Origin: Clostridia bacterium
GTDB taxonomy: Bacteria; Bacillota; Clostridia; Oscillospirales; CAG-272
DNA length: 64,000 nucleotides
Reading direction: 5' to 3'
Assembly (NCBI GenBank): GCA_017937845.1
Contig: JAGBCV010000016.1
Span: 26,299-90,298 of the forward strand
Program-made: the position numbers and the translations under genes
The notes under the pieces: generated by a model
Told to the model about the DNA's origin: nothing
The model's input: the letters and a program-made list of their open reading frames with translations, nothing else
The model's database searches: none
Part shown: positions 59,764 through 64,000 of the stretch, one piece after another
Position numbering within the stretch: the stretch's first letter is position 1
Layout of the letters: every line of letters starts with the position of its first letter

Positions 59764-61236
59764 ATGGGACTATTAGAAACATTGCTAATATGTGTCGCTC
59801 TTTGGGTCGTAATATTATTTGGCATTACGCTGATCTCGATAATTCGTGATGACACAATAAACTTAAAAACATTACTTGATTTTATAAAATCTTCTTTAGA
59901 ACGAAGAAAAGAAAAACATAAAAACAAAAAAACGGCAAACAAACCGAAGAAATTTTCTTTCTCTGAATTTACGAAAGACATATTTTCAGATTTAAGACCG
60001 TCAGAAAAGAAATTCGCGCTCGAAAGTTCGACAAAAGAAGAATGGCTTGCGGATAAAACTCTTGTATCACAAGAACTACAAAGAACAAGTTCCGCAAACA
60101 AAAGAATCATCAATAACATTTCCATAAAATCCAACGGAAAAACAACAAAGATTGATTTTGTACTTATCAATGAATACGGAATCTTTGTTGTCAACATTCA
60201 AAATTGCATTGGATTCGTCACAGGAAACCGAGAAGATCAAAAATGGGAACAAAGAGTTGGCTCTGCACGATATCACATTCCAAACTCCGTTATACAAAAC
60301 AAGTCTGAGATAGAAGCATTAAAAGATTTTTTGAGCGTAGGACATTTACCTCGATACAAATTTTTTTCTGTTGTTGTCTTTATACAAAACAACGCTAACG
60401 ACCTCTGTATAGAAAACGTTGTAAATTTTTGCGATTTAAGAAATTATATAAATTCTTTCAACATAAAAACACTTACCGTTCATGAGATTGACAGCGTATA
60501 CAAACAACTCGGCGGAAAAGAGCCACCGAAACCTCAAACACGGCCGAAACCTCAAGAGGAGCCGAGGCCTCAAACACGGCCGAAACCTCAAGAGGAGCCG
60601 AGGCCTCAAACACGGCCGAAACCTCAAGAGGAGCCGAAGCCTCAAGCACAACCGGAACCGCAGATGTATCCTATACCACGAAAATCATCTGCTCCTCAAA
60701 CACCTACGTTTGAACCGGGCATAAAAGGGGAATTGGGTGAATATCTTGTCGCCAGCAGACTTAGAGAAACAAAATCATCGGTCAAAAAAATAATCAACAA
60801 TATCGTCATCAAAACATCGGACGGTAGGACAAGTCAAATCGACCATATTTTGATAAACGAATTTGGTATTTTCGTAGTTGAAACGAAAAATTATAGCGGA
60901 AATATTTATGGTGGACTTACACATCAAAACTGGTTGCAATACATAGGGGATAGAAAAGAATCTTTTTATAACCCTGTCATGCAAAATGAAACGCATATAA
61001 AACGATTAAGAGAAGTTTTGTGTATTGAACATCTGTATCAATATAAAATTTATTCTATCGTTGTATTCGTTCAAAATAACGCCAATAAAATCGATATAGC
61101 AAACGTTATCAACCTATCCGACTTAATCCCTTATGTCAATTCTTTCAACGTAAAAACAATGACAACAAATGAAATTGAAAGTATTTATCATCAACTTTTG
61201 ACTATCAAAAATCAAAACTACATTCATCATCTGTAA
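59764..61236 (+). CDS. membrane-anchored tandem NERD-domain protein
   Basis: N-terminal TM; two homologous domains, the second with G.LGE, QIDHILI...GIFVVETKNYSG, NPVMQN. Confidence 0.85.
   Translation: MGLLETLLICVALWVVILFGITLISIIRDDTINLKTLLDFIKSSLERRKEKHKNKKTANKPKKFSFSEFTKDIFSDLRPSEKKFALESSTKEEWLADKTLVSQELQRTSSANKRIINNISIKSNGKTTKIDFVLINEYGIFVVNIQNCIGFVTGNREDQKWEQRVGSARYHIPNSVIQNKSEIEALKDFLSVGHLPRYKFFSVVVFIQNNANDLCIENVVNFCDLRNYINSFNIKTLTVHEIDSVYKQLGGKEPPKPQTRPKPQEEPRPQTRPKPQEEPRPQTRPKPQEEPKPQAQPEPQMYPIPRKSSAPQTPTFEPGIKGELGEYLVASRLRETKSSVKKIINNIVIKTSDGRTSQIDHILINEFGIFVVETKNYSGNIYGGLTHQNWLQYIGDRKESFYNPVMQNETHIKRLREVLCIEHLYQYKIYSIVVFVQNNANKIDIANVINLSDLIPYVNSFNVKTMTTNEIESIYHQLLTIKNQNYIHHL
60532..60639 (+). 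repeat. 3 x 36-bp coding tandem repeat (PQTRPKPQEEPR linker)
   Basis: CCTCAAACACGGCCGAAACCTCAAGAGGAGCCGAGG x3 (last copy has one change). Confidence 0.95.
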
Positions 61237-61247
61237 GGAGGTCTACT

Positions 61248-62279
61248 ATGTTCAAGCGCGCTGACGGACGTTGGTGCGAAAAAATATCAGAAAAGGGAAA
61301 GACACACTATATTTACGCAAATACCAAAAGGGAACTGTTGAAGAAAATTCAAGAGAAACAATTTTTCGTGGAACATGGCGAACCATTTGAAGACGTTGCC
61401 GCCGATTGGAAAGAAGAACATTTCGCTTCCATGAAGCCAAACAGCCGAAAGCCTTACAATGGAGCTTATAATCGAGCCATAGAGCATCTTTCGGGAATCT
61501 GCATCAACGATATTACAAAAAACGATATCGCACGAATTATCGATGATATGAAGCGTCAAGACTTCGCCAAAAAGACCGTTGCAACGCAGATCACCGTTTT
61601 GAATCTTATTTTCAAATGGGCAATGCAACGCGATCGCGCCGACAAGAACCCTTGCGAACTTATCGAAACACCGAAAAACCTGAAGCGGACAAAAAGAGAA
61701 ATGCCCTCCGAAGAGGACATTCAAAGGATTATGGATAACGTTGATTCAGATCCGTTCGGGCTTTTCGCTTATTTCCTATACTTCACCGGGTGTCGTTTCG
61801 GGGAAGCTCTTGCGCTTACGGGAAAGGATATTGACCTTGAGCGTGGAGAAATCCGAATTTCAAAATCTTTGTATTTCGACAACGGTCCGAAGATCGGAAC
61901 ACCTAAGACAGAGAGCGGAACGCGCACCGTACCGCTTCTTGACTGCCTAAGGGAGCATTTGCCGAAGCTGAAAAAGAATCAATACCTGTTTTCACATTTA
62001 GAGGACAGGAGCGAACCATTCACCCAAAAGCGAATCTTTACGCAGTGGAAGAAGTACCAAGAGCGTACCGGCGTGAGCTGCACACCCCATCAGCTACGGC
62101 ATGGCTTCGCTACGTTGCTATTCGACGCAGGTCTGACCGCAAAAGATGCACAGCCCATACTCGGACACGCTACCGCGGAAATGACGATTGATATCTATAC
62201 GCATATCACAAATTCACGCGCAAAAGGTAATGCCGACAAACTGAATACATTCGTAAACAACAGCCGAAAATCGAAATGA
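61248..62279 (+). CDS. tyrosine integrase
   Basis: TGCRFGE, PKT, HQLRHGFAT, LGHA, IYTH; adjacent to attR. Confidence 0.95.
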   Translation: MFKRADGRWCEKISEKGKTHYIYANTKRELLKKIQEKQFFVEHGEPFEDVAADWKEEHFASMKPNSRKPYNGAYNRAIEHLSGICINDITKNDIARIIDDMKRQDFAKKTVATQITVLNLIFKWAMQRDRADKNPCELIETPKNLKRTKREMPSEEDIQRIMDNVDSDPFGLFAYFLYFTGCRFGEALALTGKDIDLERGEIRISKSLYFDNGPKIGTPKTESGTRTVPLLDCLREHLPKLKKNQYLFSHLEDRSEPFTQKRIFTQWKKYQERTGVSCTPHQLRHGFATLLFDAGLTAKDAQPILGHATAEMTIDIYTHITNSRAKGNADKLNTFVNNSRKSK

Positions 62280-62280
62280 C

Positions 62281-62300
62281 GGTGTCAAAGTGGTGTCAAA
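62281..62300 (+). repeat. integrase arm-type direct repeats (right)
   Basis: GGTGTCAAA x2, same motif as 48060-48110. Confidence 0.75.
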
Positions 62301-62334
62301 GGCGCGAAAAGGTAGATGATTGCTGACTTGTTGA

Positions 62335-62363
62335 AGAGTTCAAATCTCTCCTTCTCCGCCAGA
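62335..62363 (+). repeat. attR core (duplicated tRNA-Ser 3' end)
   Basis: AGAGTTCAAATCTCTCCTTCTCCGCCAGA. Confidence 0.92.
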
Positions 62364-62398
62364 AAAAGCACACATTTTTTTCAAATGTGTGCTTTTTT
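62363..62398 (+). terminator. probable original tRNA-Ser terminator
   Basis: AAAAAGCACACATTT...AAATGTGTGCTTTTT immediately after attR. Confidence 0.8.
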
Positions 62399-62568
62399 AT
62401 TCCATAGGAAATTGCTCAACTCGACCTCGCCGTTTTGCTGTTTCCGTCAAAGAGAGAAGCTTGGATAGGCGAGCAATTTCCGGCGGGCGTTGCCCGCTTT
62501 TTTATAAAATTTGCCGGGTATTCAAAACATGGAGGAAATCCCTCAAAAATTGAAAGGAGATCAGCGCA

Positions 62569-63684
62569 ATGAAACAAATAGGCAGAGAGGTATGTTTTCT
62601 CAGAACAGGAAAATACAACCCCAGAAACGGAGAAAGTTCTTTCCTCAGACTTCGGGATGGGGGTATCATGTGCGTTTATACGAAGTATTACGGCGATGAT
62701 TGGACCGACCATTCCATTGCAAGACTTGAAGCGATTGATTCCTATGATGAAGGAGAAACCTGGTCAGAAAGTCGTATCTTGATTGAAAAAGATAAAGATG
62801 CGCTCAATCTCATGTCGGCAAGCCTGATCCGCCTTGAAAACGGTGATCTTGGCGTTTTATATCTTCGCAAATCGATGAAGGATGACAAGCTTTTGTGTAT
62901 GCCGTATTTCGTTCGCTCCTCAGATGAGGGGAAAACGTTCTCTGAGCCGATCCTTTGTGTAAACAAAGAAGGATATTACTGTGTGAATAACGACAGACTG
63001 ATCCGATTGAAAAACGGCAGAATTCTTTTTCCCGCAGCATATCACGGAGAATCCGGCAGACGGCTCTCCGCAGGAATGTTGACCGTGTGCTATTCGGATG
63101 ATGACGGCAGAACCTTTCACCAAATCGATGGCTTCGTGCGTTCTCCTTATCATGACAATACGCAACTTCAAGAACCGGGACTCTACGAGCTTCCCGACGA
63201 CAGACTTTGGATGTTTTGCCGAACTGCCTACGGGCATCAGTATCAATGCTTTTCTGATGACGGCGGTATCAGCTTTGGAGAGGTCACGCCGGCGTTCCGA
63301 TTTACGTCGCCCGATTCCCCTATGCAGGTTTCATCGGTTCATGGCAAAACGGTCGCTATTTTTAATCCGATCGGTTATCATTGTCTGAGAGAAGATTGCG
63401 AGGTTTGGAAAAGCCCCAAAAGAACGCCTTTCGTTCTGGCGGTCAGCGATGACGGAGGACTTTCTTTCGTTGATATGCGTTCTTCATTTCGTGACGGCGG
63501 ATATCTCCCCTTTTCTCTGAAATGCAGATTGCTGGAAAGCGATACGAAAAACAGCTATTGCTACCCTGCGGTCATCGAAACGAAAGATGGGTTCCTCGTT
63601 GCATATTATCATAGTGATGATACCACGATCTGTTTGAATGGGACAAAGATCACGAAGGTAGAGATCGGAGAATTGGATTTTTGA
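62569..63684 (+). CDS. BNR/Asp-box sialidase-like protein
   Basis: Five Asp-boxes (SYDEGETW, SSDEGKTF, SDDDGRTF, SDDGGISF, SDDGGLSF), QEP, YCYP. Confidence 0.85.
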   Translation: MKQIGREVCFLRTGKYNPRNGESSFLRLRDGGIMCVYTKYYGDDWTDHSIARLEAIDSYDEGETWSESRILIEKDKDALNLMSASLIRLENGDLGVLYLRKSMKDDKLLCMPYFVRSSDEGKTFSEPILCVNKEGYYCVNNDRLIRLKNGRILFPAAYHGESGRRLSAGMLTVCYSDDDGRTFHQIDGFVRSPYHDNTQLQEPGLYELPDDRLWMFCRTAYGHQYQCFSDDGGISFGEVTPAFRFTSPDSPMQVSSVHGKTVAIFNPIGYHCLREDCEVWKSPKRTPFVLAVSDDGGLSFVDMRSSFRDGGYLPFSLKCRLLESDTKNSYCYPAVIETKDGFLVAYYHSDDTTICLNGTKITKVEIGELDF

Positions 63685-63714
63685 TCATCGCATCAATACC
63701 CAAGGAGGACGCCA

Positions 63715-64000
63715 ATGCGTTATAAGCGTATTTTCAGCATAGATGACCCCGATATCCCATATTTGACCATGATTTTGAAGCTTCCCGAGGTCGCGCGCTT
63801 CATCAGCATTGACGAGAAAAACTATTGGCATTACGTAACGTCAAATGAAAACGTGTTTTATTTCAAAGCGTATGAACAAGGACGACTCGTTGGCGCAACG
63901 CATTGTGAGATCGTGGATCATATATTATATATGGATATTATGATCATTCCCGCGTATCAGAGGAAAGGTTTTGGCGAGATGATCTTGCAAGATATCCAAA
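63715..64000 (+). CDS. GNAT family acetyltransferase (partial)
   Basis: Manual translation MRYKRIF...IIPAYQRKGFG (acetyl-CoA motif A); AAGGAGG RBS. Confidence 0.8.
   Translation, partial: MRYKRIFSIDDPDIPYLTMILKLPEVARFISIDEKNYWHYVTSNENVFYFKAYEQGRLVGATHCEIVDHILYMDIMIIPAYQRKGFGEMILQDIQ

Larger units (their letters stand above)
47915..62363. mobile_element. integrated filamentous-phage (inovirus-like) prophage, ~14.4 kb
   Basis: att duplication of the tRNA 3' end, tyrosine integrase, Zot/pI ATPase, Rep_trans, SSB-like and small TM coat-like ORFs. Confidence 0.85.

Noticed and set aside
60532-60639. 36-bp repeats as CRISPR or iterons
   Set aside because: Contiguous, in-frame, spacer-less repeats encoding a protein linker.
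47915-62363. ICE, IME or tailed prophage interpretation
   Set aside because: No VirB4, coupling protein, terminase, capsid, tail or lysis genes were recognised. Mobilisation in trans is not excluded.

Overview
The window comes from a Clostridia-like (Bacillota) chromosome. Bases 1-47.9 kb are mostly housekeeping genes: dnaE (partial), whiA, murB, a Crp/Fnr regulator with a NitT/TauT-type ABC transporter, glgC-glgD-glgA-glgP plus GH13/GH31/GH29 hydrolases, a ThyX-like gene, malY/patB, tsaA, tRNA-Arg(CCG), the full S10-spc-alpha ribosomal cluster, an AraC-linked sugar catabolism operon, and rubrerythrin with perR. From about 47.9 to 62.4 kb, a 14.4 kb element is integrated in the 3' end of tRNA-Ser(GGA), with a 29-bp att duplication, a tyrosine integrase and arm-type repeats. 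Its gene content indicates a filamentous-phage (inovirus-like) prophage of a monoderm host. It carries a Zot/pI-like ATPase with an N-terminal TM helix, a Rep_trans rolling-circle initiator with an upstream origin-like hairpin, a pV-like SSB, five small single-TM ORFs missed by the ORF track (including a 56-aa major-coat candidate) and a repeat-containing pIII-like adhesin. The most striking observations are three. First, the gene next to the major coat is a coat paralog carrying a signal peptide and a ~105-aa passenger domain, resembling natural type-88 phage display. Second, a membrane-anchored tandem NERD protein, with one catalytically degenerate and one intact domain, sits in the immunity region. 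Third, outside the prophage, a tandemly duplicated ~180-bp symmetric multi-hairpin element lies beside the tRNA-Arg terminator. All functional calls come from motif reading by eye; no database searches were run.
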